A stretch of 19,443 nt of DNA from Planctomycetota bacterium. GTDB taxonomy: Bacteria; Planctomycetota; GCA-002687715; DRQF01. The DNA is taken from assembly GCA_027001995.1 (NCBI GenBank), contig JALTLO010000069.1, positions 1 to 19,443 of the forward strand, written 5' to 3'. Under the pieces are notes generated by a model. It was not told the origin of the DNA. It saw nothing but the letters and a program-made list of their open reading frames with translations, and did not search any database. This document shows, piece after piece, positions 1-7,824 of this stretch (positions within the stretch are counted from its first letter, which is position 1; each line of letters starts with the position of its first letter). Position numbers and translations under genes: made by a program.

Positions 1-2
1 CT

Positions 3-29
3 CGCAACCTGCTCAAAAAGGAGGGCTAA
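3..29 (+). CDS. Possible 3' end of an upstream gene in the same operon (…RNLLKKEG*), product unknown
   Basis: Frame 3 is open from the window edge to TAA at 27-29. It overlaps the next gene's SD and ends 3 nt before ATG 33, as expected for an operonic junction. Too short to identify. Confidence 0.3.
   Translation, partial: RNLLKKEG
18..24 (+). promoter_or_regulatory. Shine-Dalgarno sequence (AAGGAGG) for the adaptor gene
   Basis: AAGGAGG at 18-24, 8 nt upstream of ATG 33. Confidence 0.8.
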
Positions 30-32
30 TCC

Positions 33-1673
33 ATGCGATTAACCGCCATCGTCCTTGTAGCTTTGTTTGTCTTGTCCGGGTGTGCTGAAGAAGAAGCTAG
101 TTTCGAATATCAAATGCACACGGTCAAATCCGGCAATCTTCGTATTGCTATCCGCCAAAAGGGAACGATCGAAGCTCGAGATCCTCTTTCGGTTCAGAAT
201 CCGATTGAAGGCAAGTCAGAGATCCTCGACATTATCCCGGAAGGAACTTTTGTCGAGAAGGGTGACTATCTCTTTCAGCTCGATGTCTCTTCTCAAGAAG
301 ACAAAGTTCTTCAGCAACGCATAGCCACAACCAATGCGGAGCAAACGCTCTTCAATGCCCAACAACAGCTGGAGATCACCAAGCAGCAAAACGAGAGTAA
401 CATCAAGAAGGCTGAGCTGGATGTGCTGTTCGCTGGCTTGGACATGAAGCAATATCTTGAAGGCGACTTGCCCAGCGAGAAGGAAAGCGTCGAGGCCGAT
501 ATTACTCTCTCCAAAGAAGAGGAAGAAAGAGCAGCAGAGACGTTCTCTTGGAGTGTCAAGCTGGCCAAAAAGGGATACATCTCCAACGACAAGTTGGAGG
601 CCGACAAACTCTTGGTTAAACGCCGGGAAATCGAAAGGGGTTTGGCCAAGAGGAAGCTCGAAGTTCTGTCAAAGTACACATCCAAGAAACGCATTCGTGA
701 GCTAGAGAGCAATTTAGAAGAATCAAAAAGAGAACTTGAGCGGGTGAAGGTTCGTAGTCGTGCAGCAGAAAGTCAAAAGTCGGCGGACGTCACAGCCAGA
801 GAAGCTCAGTTTGAACTAGAAAAGAAGAAGCTCGCCCGCTTAGAGCACTCGGTCACCAACAACCGGGTGATGGCTCCACGAAGTGGCCTGGTCATTTACG
901 CTCGTGAGGGTGGGCGTCGAGATCGCAAGCCTTTGGAAGCCGGTTCCTCTGTTCGCAAGGGCCAGACAATTTTGGAAATCCCTGATATGGATCGGGTTTT
1001 GGTGGACATTGATGTTCATGAAAGCAGTGTCCACTTGGTCCAATTGGGTATGCCCGTGATCATCACAACTGATACGGGAGAAACTATCGTTGGGTCCGTG
1101 GAAAGCGTTGCCACCGTCGCTGACTCTCAGTCTTGGTATCGCAACCCAGATCTGAAGGTTTATTCCACCAAGGTCACCATCGACAACCCCGGTCGCAAGC
1201 TCAAACCTGGGATGAACTGCTTTGCTGAAGTGATCATCGAAGACATCAAAAACGTGGTGAGCATTCCCACTCAAGCGGTTTACGACAATGGTCAGAAAAC
1301 GTTTTGCTATGTCAACGTGGATGGCAAGCCGGTCCTTCGAGAAATTGAAGTTGGTCTTCATAACACAGAAGCGATCCATGTGAAGTCGGGGCTCAAGGAG
1401 GGAGAGCAAGTTTATCTCGCAGTCCCAGACGATGCTGAGGCTATTCCTTTGGCAAAAACAAGGGCGCGGAAGGTCGACTTATCGAAAGTGAGTTCCCATA
1501 AGCCTTCAGCGGTGAAGTCCAAAAGCGCCAAGAAAATGGCTGGTGCTCGCCGCGGTAAGAAAGGCAAGTACACCAAAGCCCAGATAGAGGCTTGGAAGAA
1601 AAAAGCCAGCGGCAAGAGCGCTGGCGCAACGGGAGGGAGCCACAACCCACATGTGTCTGGGGATACTGAGTAA
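33..1673 (+). CDS. HlyD/MacA-family periplasmic adaptor (membrane fusion protein), probable lipoprotein
   Basis: Lipobox LSG-C17. Lipoyl half-motifs IIPEGTFVEKGDYLFQLD and VMAPRSGLVIY flank a long coiled coil. Beta-barrel motifs VHESSVHLVQLG and LKPGM, and membrane-proximal motif GLKEGEQV. Sits directly upstream of an ABC ATPase and permease. Confidence 0.92.
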   Translation: MRLTAIVLVALFVLSGCAEEEASFEYQMHTVKSGNLRIAIRQKGTIEARDPLSVQNPIEGKSEILDIIPEGTFVEKGDYLFQLDVSSQEDKVLQQRIATTNAEQTLFNAQQQLEITKQQNESNIKKAELDVLFAGLDMKQYLEGDLPSEKESVEADITLSKEEEERAAETFSWSVKLAKKGYISNDKLEADKLLVKRREIERGLAKRKLEVLSKYTSKKRIRELESNLEESKRELERVKVRSRAAESQKSADVTAREAQFELEKKKLARLEHSVTNNRVMAPRSGLVIYAREGGRRDRKPLEAGSSVRKGQTILEIPDMDRVLVDIDVHESSVHLVQLGMPVIITTDTGETIVGSVESVATVADSQSWYRNPDLKVYSTKVTIDNPGRKLKPGMNCFAEVIIEDIKNVVSIPTQAVYDNGQKTFCYVNVDGKPVLREIEVGLHNTEAIHVKSGLKEGEQVYLAVPDDAEAIPLAKTRARKVDLSKVSSHKPSAVKSKSAKKMAGARRGKKGKYTKAQIEAWKKKASGKSAGATGGSHNPHVSGDTE

Positions 1674-2386
1674 TGCCGATTGCGGAAATCAAGGATCTCT
1701 GCAAAGTCTACACCATGGGCACGAACGAAGTTCATGCCTTGCGCAACGTTGACTTAAGCTTCGAAAAAGGTGAGTTCATTTCCATCATGGGACCATCCGG
1801 TTCCGGGAAATCGACTTTGCTCAATTTACTCGGATGTTTAGATCGTCCCACAAGTGGTCAGTATCTCTTGGGTGGGAAGGACGTTTCCAAAATGGATGAC
1901 AATGAGTTGTCATCCATCCGTAGCGAAATGCTGGGATTCGTTTTTCAATCTTTCAATCTCTTGGCTCAGCTTAATGTGGTTGAGAACATCGAGGTGCCCT
2001 TATTCTATCAGGGAGTGCCAGCTAAGAACGCCAGAGAAAAGGCCATTCAATTGGCTGAGAAGGTCGGTTTGGGGGGGCGATGCGACCATCGCCCCACGCA
2101 ACTTTCAGGTGGTCAGCAACAGAGAGTGGCGATTGCCCGTGCCCTGGTGAATGACCCGATTCTTATTCTCGCTGATGAGCCCACCGGCAACCTTGATTCC
2201 AAGACTGGCGAAGAAATCATGCAGATGCTTCAAGACTTGCATGAAACTGGAACGACCATCGTGATGGTCACCCACGAAGATGATGTGGCCATGAATGCCG
2301 AGACGGTTCTGACTTTCCGTGATGGCCAGCTCGTCGATACGAAACCCGGTAATTTAGCTTCTAGAAAAAGGCCGTCGCTTTCATGA
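1673..2386 (+). CDS. ABC transporter ATP-binding protein, LolD/MacB/SalX family
   Basis: Walker [20 protein letters not shown]-loop, signature [15 protein letters not shown], Walker [14 protein letters not shown]-loop VTHE. TAATG overlap with the adaptor gene. Confidence 0.97.
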   Translation: MPIAEIKDLCKVYTMGTNEVHALRNVDLSFEKGEFISIMGPSGSGKSTLLNLLGCLDRPTSGQYLLGGKDVSKMDDNELSSIRSEMLGFVFQSFNLLAQLNVVENIEVPLFYQGVPAKNAREKAIQLAEKVGLGGRCDHRPTQLSGGQQQRVAIARALVNDPILILADEPTGNLDSKTGEEIMQMLQDLHETGTTIVMVTHEDDVAMNAETVLTFRDGQLVDTKPGNLASRKRPSLS

Positions 2387-3654
2387 CCGGTATTCTCCGA
2401 ACGGTAGGGTTGGGCCTCAGGAGCATCAAACTTCATTTCTTGCGTAGTGTTCTGACTATGCTTGGGATCTTGTTTGGTGTGGGCAGTGTTATTTCGATGT
2501 TAGCTTTCGGTGAGGGCACCAGTCAAGAAGCCCAAGATCAGATCAAAGCTTTGGGTAGCACCAACATCATTCTCAAGAGCATCAAGCCAACTGATACCAC
2601 CTCCAACGCTGGGGAGGGGCAACAGCGCACCATCAAGTATGGCCTCAAATATGATGATGCCAAGATTATTCGCGACACCGTTCCCAACGTGAAGGTTGTT
2701 GTTTCGGCTCGGGATTACCCGAAACCTTTGCGTTACCAGCAGAGGGCCGTGGATGGACGGGTGAGAGGTACTGTACCTTGGTTTCCTAAAGTTTCGAAGC
2801 TGAAGATGCTTCAAGGTCGGTTCTTTTCTGATGTGGACGAACGATCTCACGACAACGTCTGCGTCTTGACCCCTTCTGTGGCTCGTCGTCTGTTTCTCCA
2901 CGAGTATCCAGTGGGAAAAATGATTAAGGTCGATTACGATCCGTTCACGGTCATTGGCGTCATCGAAGAGAAAACAGGTGTGCGCAAGGATGATGGGGCT
3001 CCCACCGCAACGAACCGAAACATGATTTATATCCCATTGAGCGCCTCTCGCGTTTACTTGGGTGAACAAATCGTCGATCGAAGCAGTGGGTCGATGAGTC
3101 GGGAAGACGTGCAACTCCATGAAATCCAGGTTCAAGCAGCGGAGATCGAAGATGTGCTTCCTGTGTCGGAGAGCATCCGTCGTGTCCTGGCATATAGTCA
3201 CTCCAAGAAGGATTATGAAGTGATTGTTCCTTTGGAGTTGATTCGGGCGGCAAAGGAGTCAGCTCGTATGTACCGTGTGTTTTTGGCACTCATTGCCAGT
3301 GTTTCTTTGTTGGTGGGTGGCATTGGTATCATGAATATCATGTTGGCCTCCGTGACCGAGAGAACCCGAGAAATTGGGGTGCGACGGGCTTTGGGAGCAC
3401 AAAGGAAACATATTATTTCTCAATTCCTGGTGGAGACGATTACCTTGTCATCCCTGGGGGGCGCATTGGGGGTCCTCGTTGGCATTTTGGCCCCACCGGT
3501 CATTGAAGCGACTATGGGGCAAAGAGCCATCGTGAAGCCAGAGTTCGTCATTCTGAGTTTCGGCGTTTCCGCCCTGGTCGGTGTCGTCTTTGGTCTGTAT
3601 CCTGCAGTCCGTGCAGCATCGCTCGATCCGATTGAGGCCTTGCGCCACGAGTAG
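2383..3654 (+). CDS. ABC transporter permease, MacB/FtsX family
   Basis: N-terminal RSVLTMLGILFGVGSVISM TM, large periplasmic domain (GRFF), conserved LLVGGIGIMNIMLASVTERTREIGVRRALGA, C-terminal GLYPAVRAASLDPIEALRHE. ATGA overlap with the ATPase gene. Confidence 0.96.
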   Translation: MTGILRTVGLGLRSIKLHFLRSVLTMLGILFGVGSVISMLAFGEGTSQEAQDQIKALGSTNIILKSIKPTDTTSNAGEGQQRTIKYGLKYDDAKIIRDTVPNVKVVVSARDYPKPLRYQQRAVDGRVRGTVPWFPKVSKLKMLQGRFFSDVDERSHDNVCVLTPSVARRLFLHEYPVGKMIKVDYDPFTVIGVIEEKTGVRKDDGAPTATNRNMIYIPLSASRVYLGEQIVDRSSGSMSREDVQLHEIQVQAAEIEDVLPVSESIRRVLAYSHSKKDYEVIVPLELIRAAKESARMYRVFLALIASVSLLVGGIGIMNIMLASVTERTREIGVRRALGAQRKHIISQFLVETITLSSLGGALGVLVGILAPPVIEATMGQRAIVKPEFVILSFGVSALVGVVFGLYPAVRAASLDPIEALRHE

Positions 3655-3775
3655 CATGTTCGATGTTGATGAGATCTATGTTCTTGCCTTTGGCAAGAGG
3701 GTTCCAAAGCAATAGCTTGAAAGCATTGAATCTCTGGAGCTTCTAGACTGACTACCTTGGGGAAATCTCGCTGAT

Positions 3776-5050
3776 ATGAGCGAATTTTGGCTCACTGCTG
3801 GCTGGTGTTTCATTGTCTTCCTATTCTTCGTGTCGGCGTTTTTCTCAAGTTCGGAAACCGCGATCATGGGTGTCAACCGCCTTCGTTTGCGCTCACTTAT
3901 TGAGAAAAACGACAAGAAGGCGGAACGGGTTGATCAACTTCTGGAAAACCCTGGCAGGCTCCTCTCTGGAATCCTCTTGGGCAATAACTTTGCCAATGTT
4001 CTCTTGGCAGCTCTGTCGACGTCGCTGGCTGTGTCTTTGTGGGGGAAGTTAGCCCCCCTTTATGTCAGCCCCATTCTCACTTTGTTGCTTTTAGTTTTTG
4101 CCGAGATCGTTCCCAAGACATTAGCGGCCAAGCGATCTCTTTGGTTGGCACGGTTGATAGCGGCACCGTTGGACCTGTTTATTCGATTGACTTCTCCTTT
4201 GACCTGGGTGACCTCCAGGATTGCCCGTTTCGTTTTGGTGCCCTTCTCTGGTGGGGAAGAACAGGAGAGCGCGGCGGTTGAACCAGAAGACCTCGTCGCT
4301 CTGGCGCAGGTGGGAGGGGAAGCGGGCACCCTCGAAGATATGACTCAACACATCCTTCATGGTGCCTACGAATTCGCTGTGAGTAGTGTTCGTGATGTCA
4401 TGGTTCCTCGTCATGAAATGATTAGCCTACCGGTAAACGCTGGGATCGATGGCTTCATGAAGGCCATTTCTGAGTCAGGTCACACGCGGATTCCGGTCTA
4501 CGGTGAGAATCTGGAAGATATTTTAGGTACGCTTCACGCCAAAGACTTGCTTCATCGGCCAGGATGTCCCGCCAAGATTGAAGACTTGAACGATATTCTC
4601 AGACCTGCTGTCTTTGTGCCAGAGTCAACGAATTTAGGCCAAGCCCTGACTCAGATGCAAGACTCCAAAAGCGAGATGGTTTTTGTCGTCGATGAATATG
4701 GAGGTCTGGAGGGGCTTGTGACTCTGAAGGATCTCATTGAAGAGTTGGTTGGCGAGATCGCTGATGAGCACGACAACAAACGTCGGCGAAGAGTTGACAT
4801 GATTCGTCCAGGGGCATTGGTGGCGGATGCTTCAGTGACTCTTCGTTACTTGCTTCGCAAAAGCGGTATTGACCTGACAGCCAGTGATGCGAGAACCATT
4901 GGAGGTCTCGTGGTTGAGGAAGCCTCGGAAGATCTGCGTATCGGCAAACAAGTGGTCTGGAAAGAGTATCGCCTTACGATCCTTGCCATGAAGGGTTGTT
5001 TCCTCAGCAAGATTCGAATCGACTGGGAGCCCACTTGCTCGCAACCTTGA
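3776..5050 (+). CDS. CNNM/CorB-family (DUF21 + CBS pair + CorC_HlyC) membrane protein, putative Mg2+/Co2+ transporter ('hemolysin family')
   Basis: FFSSSETAI, ILLGNNFANV and FAEIVPKTLA (DUF21); VRDVMVPR, HTRIPVY and VVDEYGGLEGLVTLKDLIEELVGEIADEHD (CBS pair); C-terminal TIGGLV (CorC-like). Confidence 0.93.
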   Translation: MSEFWLTAGWCFIVFLFFVSAFFSSSETAIMGVNRLRLRSLIEKNDKKAERVDQLLENPGRLLSGILLGNNFANVLLAALSTSLAVSLWGKLAPLYVSPILTLLLLVFAEIVPKTLAAKRSLWLARLIAAPLDLFIRLTSPLTWVTSRIARFVLVPFSGGEEQESAAVEPEDLVALAQVGGEAGTLEDMTQHILHGAYEFAVSSVRDVMVPRHEMISLPVNAGIDGFMKAISESGHTRIPVYGENLEDILGTLHAKDLLHRPGCPAKIEDLNDILRPAVFVPESTNLGQALTQMQDSKSEMVFVVDEYGGLEGLVTLKDLIEELVGEIADEHDNKRRRRVDMIRPGALVADASVTLRYLLRKSGIDLTASDARTIGGLVVEEASEDLRIGKQVVWKEYRLTILAMKGCFLSKIRIDWEPTCSQP

Positions 5051-5084
5051 GAATGTCAGGGTCAGGGAAGACAGAGGACTGCAC

Positions 5085-5115
5085 AAAAAAGGGGAGCCCG
5101 GATGGGGCTCCCCTT
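5085..5115 (-). terminator. Rho-independent terminator of the 788-aa gene, possibly bidirectional
   Basis: Perfect stem GGGGAGCCC (5091-5099) / GGGCTCCCC (5105-5113) with a 5-nt loop. A6 at 5085-5090 gives a U6 tail on the minus strand, about 20 nt after stop 5135. It lies between convergent genes. Confidence 0.88.
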
Positions 5116-5134
5116 GATAGAAAGGCGGCTGGAG

Positions 5135-7501
5135 TTAGTTGAGGAAGATACTCAAGTAGTCGCCAGCGGGGCCGTCGGCTTCAATGCCAACAACCGTTGG
5201 GATCATGGCGCCAACCATCAACGTTGGCAATGGGATGCCAGTGACGGGGGCTAAAATTCCAGGCAAGGTGCTGTTGACTAAGGCAGTCAAGGCGACCAAG
5301 GATCCACTGACATCGACTCCTGGCATACTGGTGATGCTTCGGACGGATGCTGTGGTTGCCCCGGGGGTGAGGTCTAAGGTACCAGCCATCAAGTTGACGT
5401 TGACGCTTAGGGCAGTAGACGCGCTTGCCGAAAGGCGAAGAGCGGACACTTCATATCCGGCACCAACGTCGACCAAAACTTCCAAAGTCACATTGGAGGA
5501 GTGGAGAGCGTAGTTGCTTGTGCCCCCAGCATTGTCGATGGTGACAACAGGTGCCAAGTTCTGGTGAACGATCAAACGCACTGTCGAAGCAGGGTCGAAA
5601 CTATCGAAACCTGTTCCTGGGAACGCTGTGGCAAAGGCACCTGCGGTAGCTGGGACCATGTTGCCACCCATCATGAATCCTTGATCAAGGGTCAATTCCA
5701 AAGCCCCTGCTTCGGTAGCAGCAGCGAGGATTTGGTTGATCATGTCATCACCCAAGCAGCCCCCAGCGATGTAGGCTTGCATGGTCCCTGGAACGGTTGG
5801 GCCGAACGTAGGGAGTGCAGATGGAGTTTCGTAGAAATTGGTCAGAGTTGGGGCACCTGGGGCGATGTTATTGGCCTGGGCACCAGCAGCGTATCCAATA
5901 GTCATGGAACCGGTCACGATGTTGATCGAAGACGGCATGAAGTTCAAAGTGATGTCAATTCCCTGAGTCGACAAGTCGAATGTTTGGGGAATCGAGTTGA
6001 GGGCGCCATCAATGATGGGCGGCACCAAAGGTGTGATCAAGGACGTGATGGTTGTCTCAATGACAGGTGTCAAAAGTCCGAGGATCAAGCCTGATGAAGA
6101 GTTGAGGCTGCCGGTGAAAGTCAGTGTTGCACCGTTGACAGTAGCCGTCTCGTTGGCAGTGGTTGACATAATCATGCCACCCACAACGGTAGGAATCGTA
6201 TCGAAGCTCACAACGATGGAAGTTGCTGTGTAGGTTCCTGTATCTGTGAATGGAAAGCCAAAGACAGTGCCAACAATGTCAAAGACGATGACTACGTTGT
6301 TGATTGTCAACTGCGTGTTGATCGCTCCAGGAACGAATGTCATTTCGACATCGATGTTGGGATCGTATGTGACACTCTGAATGGTGGCCGTGGCAGTGGT
6401 GAATGGAATGCCTGGCAAGGGAATTGGAGGGATGTTCGACAGGGGAGTCGATAGGTCGACTTGTGCCAGACCCATTTCGATTCCCGTCTCGAGACTGTCC
6501 AAGACAGGCTGCTTGACATTCACAGCCAAAGAGTCTGTCGGTGCTACTGTGAGGTCACCACCAAGGTTGTTGACGATACTGGCGGTATGACCCAGGTTTT
6601 GGCCAGCCATGGATGTGATTGCGAACTCGATTTCAGTGAAGATGTTCGACGCAGCGCTAGATCCAGCGATCATGTTGCCAGCAGCGGTCGGGCCGCCTAC
6701 CACGGAGAAACTCGATGGAGCAGGGCCGTTGAGTGTCGCGGCATAGTTGATCGGGTCTGATGTATCGAATGCCCCTTGGGCATGGGATGTGACATCCAAA
6801 TTGAAGACGTCGATCATCACTGTGCCACTCGCGCCCCCAGTTGTTCCTGGGAATGAGTAGTTGAGCTCCACACCATAGGTGCCGGGCAAGTCAGCAGTCA
6901 ATGTGGGGAATGCGGTGTCTGCGCCACTGAGAGTGGCGTTGTGACCCACAGGGCCGCTGGCGATGTTCCAGGCGATAGTCAGATTCGGATCAAGGGGGCC
7001 TTGAGTGAGAATCGCGCCACCGTCGATAGTGATTCCTTGGTCAACATAACCGGCGGTGTCAGATCCTGTCTCAACGTGGCGAGTGAAAGTAACACTGGCT
7101 TGGTTAGACGCTCCGAAACCGGAAGGATCATTGCCATCAAAAGTAAATCCGTATGCGTAGTAAGTTACCCCTTCGAAAGCGATGTCATCCAATAATTGAA
7201 CACCAAAGCTCAAGTCACCGTTGACGTCGTAAAGAAGGTTCTGAAGGATCACTGTGGATGCATCAAAACCGATAGGAAGAGTGAAGCCTTGAAAAGTGGT
7301 GGGGCCTGGGTCCATTGAGAAGATCAAGGTACCCCAAACCAAGGGCGAAGAGGTTTGCGCTGAAACCGTCATGGTACTGCCAATGGCGGCCACGGCGTTT
7401 TGTTCGCCGTTAAAGCGCAAGTCGATCGGTGTTTGGCCGATGACGTTGGCTGATAAGAAGAGGATCGCAGCAATCAGGATCCTATGCGTGCACTTATGCA
7501 T
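5135..7501 (-). CDS. Large secreted protein: signal peptide, unannotated ~100-aa domain, PKD/Ig-like domain(s), putative BPI/LBP/CETP-like (TULIP) C-terminal module
   Basis: 788-aa ORF with SD GGAGA at 7516-7512 and its own terminator. Sec signal MHKCTHRILIAAILFLSANVIG|Q. PKD-like segment at aa ~142-232 (IAWNIASGP…FPTLTADLPGTYGVEL). The C-terminal ~465 aa show a BPI-like pattern (see findings). The CDS itself is secure; the domain calls are by eye. Confidence 0.85.
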   Translation of the reverse strand: MHKCTHRILIAAILFLSANVIGQTPIDLRFNGEQNAVAAIGSTMTVSAQTSSPLVWGTLIFSMDPGPTTFQGFTLPIGFDASTVILQNLLYDVNGDLSFGVQLLDDIAFEGVTYYAYGFTFDGNDPSGFGASNQASVTFTRHVETGSDTAGYVDQGITIDGGAILTQGPLDPNLTIAWNIASGPVGHNATLSGADTAFPTLTADLPGTYGVELNYSFPGTTGGASGTVMIDVFNLDVTSHAQGAFDTSDPINYAATLNGPAPSSFSVVGGPTAAGNMIAGSSAASNIFTEIEFAITSMAGQNLGHTASIVNNLGGDLTVAPTDSLAVNVKQPVLDSLETGIEMGLAQVDLSTPLSNIPPIPLPGIPFTTATATIQSVTYDPNIDVEMTFVPGAINTQLTINNVVIVFDIVGTVFGFPFTDTGTYTATSIVVSFDTIPTVVGGMIMSTTANETATVNGATLTFTGSLNSSSGLILGLLTPVIETTITSLITPLVPPIIDGALNSIPQTFDLSTQGIDITLNFMPSSINIVTGSMTIGYAAGAQANNIAPGAPTLTNFYETPSALPTFGPTVPGTMQAYIAGGCLGDDMINQILAAATEAGALELTLDQGFMMGGNMVPATAGAFATAFPGTGFDSFDPASTVRLIVHQNLAPVVTIDNAGGTSNYALHSSNVTLEVLVDVGAGYEVSALRLSASASTALSVNVNLMAGTLDLTPGATTASVRSITSMPGVDVSGSLVALTALVNSTLPGILAPVTGIPLPTLMVGAMIPTVVGIEADGPAGDYLSIFLN

Positions 7502-7824
7502 GGTAGTTCAATCTCCAAATGGTCGAATGTTCTGGCAATGGCCAAGCAGGCGAATGCCCGCTGGACCCCGTCAATTTCTTAGTTGGCAATCGATAGATTT
7601 CCGTGTCACTTAGCAAAGGACGACTGGGCACGCAGTTCGTATTTTCTAGGAAAACGGCAGTTTCGATCTAGGTCACTAACAATGGCGATTATAGACAAGT
7701 TTCACCTTCTGTCCAAAATGCTAAGTTATTGGAGAATTTCCGTTTCTGAATCGGCGACTTTGCCTCATAATTGACCTGTGTAAACCATAGAACTCGTTTG
7801 TAGCTAAGGACTTGAGCCAATCTC

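Noticed and set aside
2071..2077. G7 homopolymer in the ABC ATPase as a phase-variation tract
   Set aside because: It is short, in frame (Leu-Gly-Gly) and the gene is intact.
3690..3706. Sigma54-like TTGGCA-N6-TTCCA upstream of the CNNM gene
   Set aside because: The conserved -12 GC is replaced by CC.
3776..5050. 'Hemolysin' next to a HlyD/ABC operon read as a type I toxin secretion locus
   Set aside because: The protein is a CNNM/CorB-type metal transporter rather than an RTX toxin, and the ABC system is MacB-type, not HlyB-type.
7583..7774. 63-aa ORF in the divergent region before acs
   Set aside because: TTG start, no clear SD and no motif; the region is more likely occupied by divergent promoters.
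7502..7824. Candidate promoters (TAGACA-16-CAAAAT at 7692-7719; sigma54-like TGGCA elements near 7532 and 7625)
   Set aside because: The matches are partial, with poor -10 or -12 elements. Promoters must exist here, but I cannot place them.
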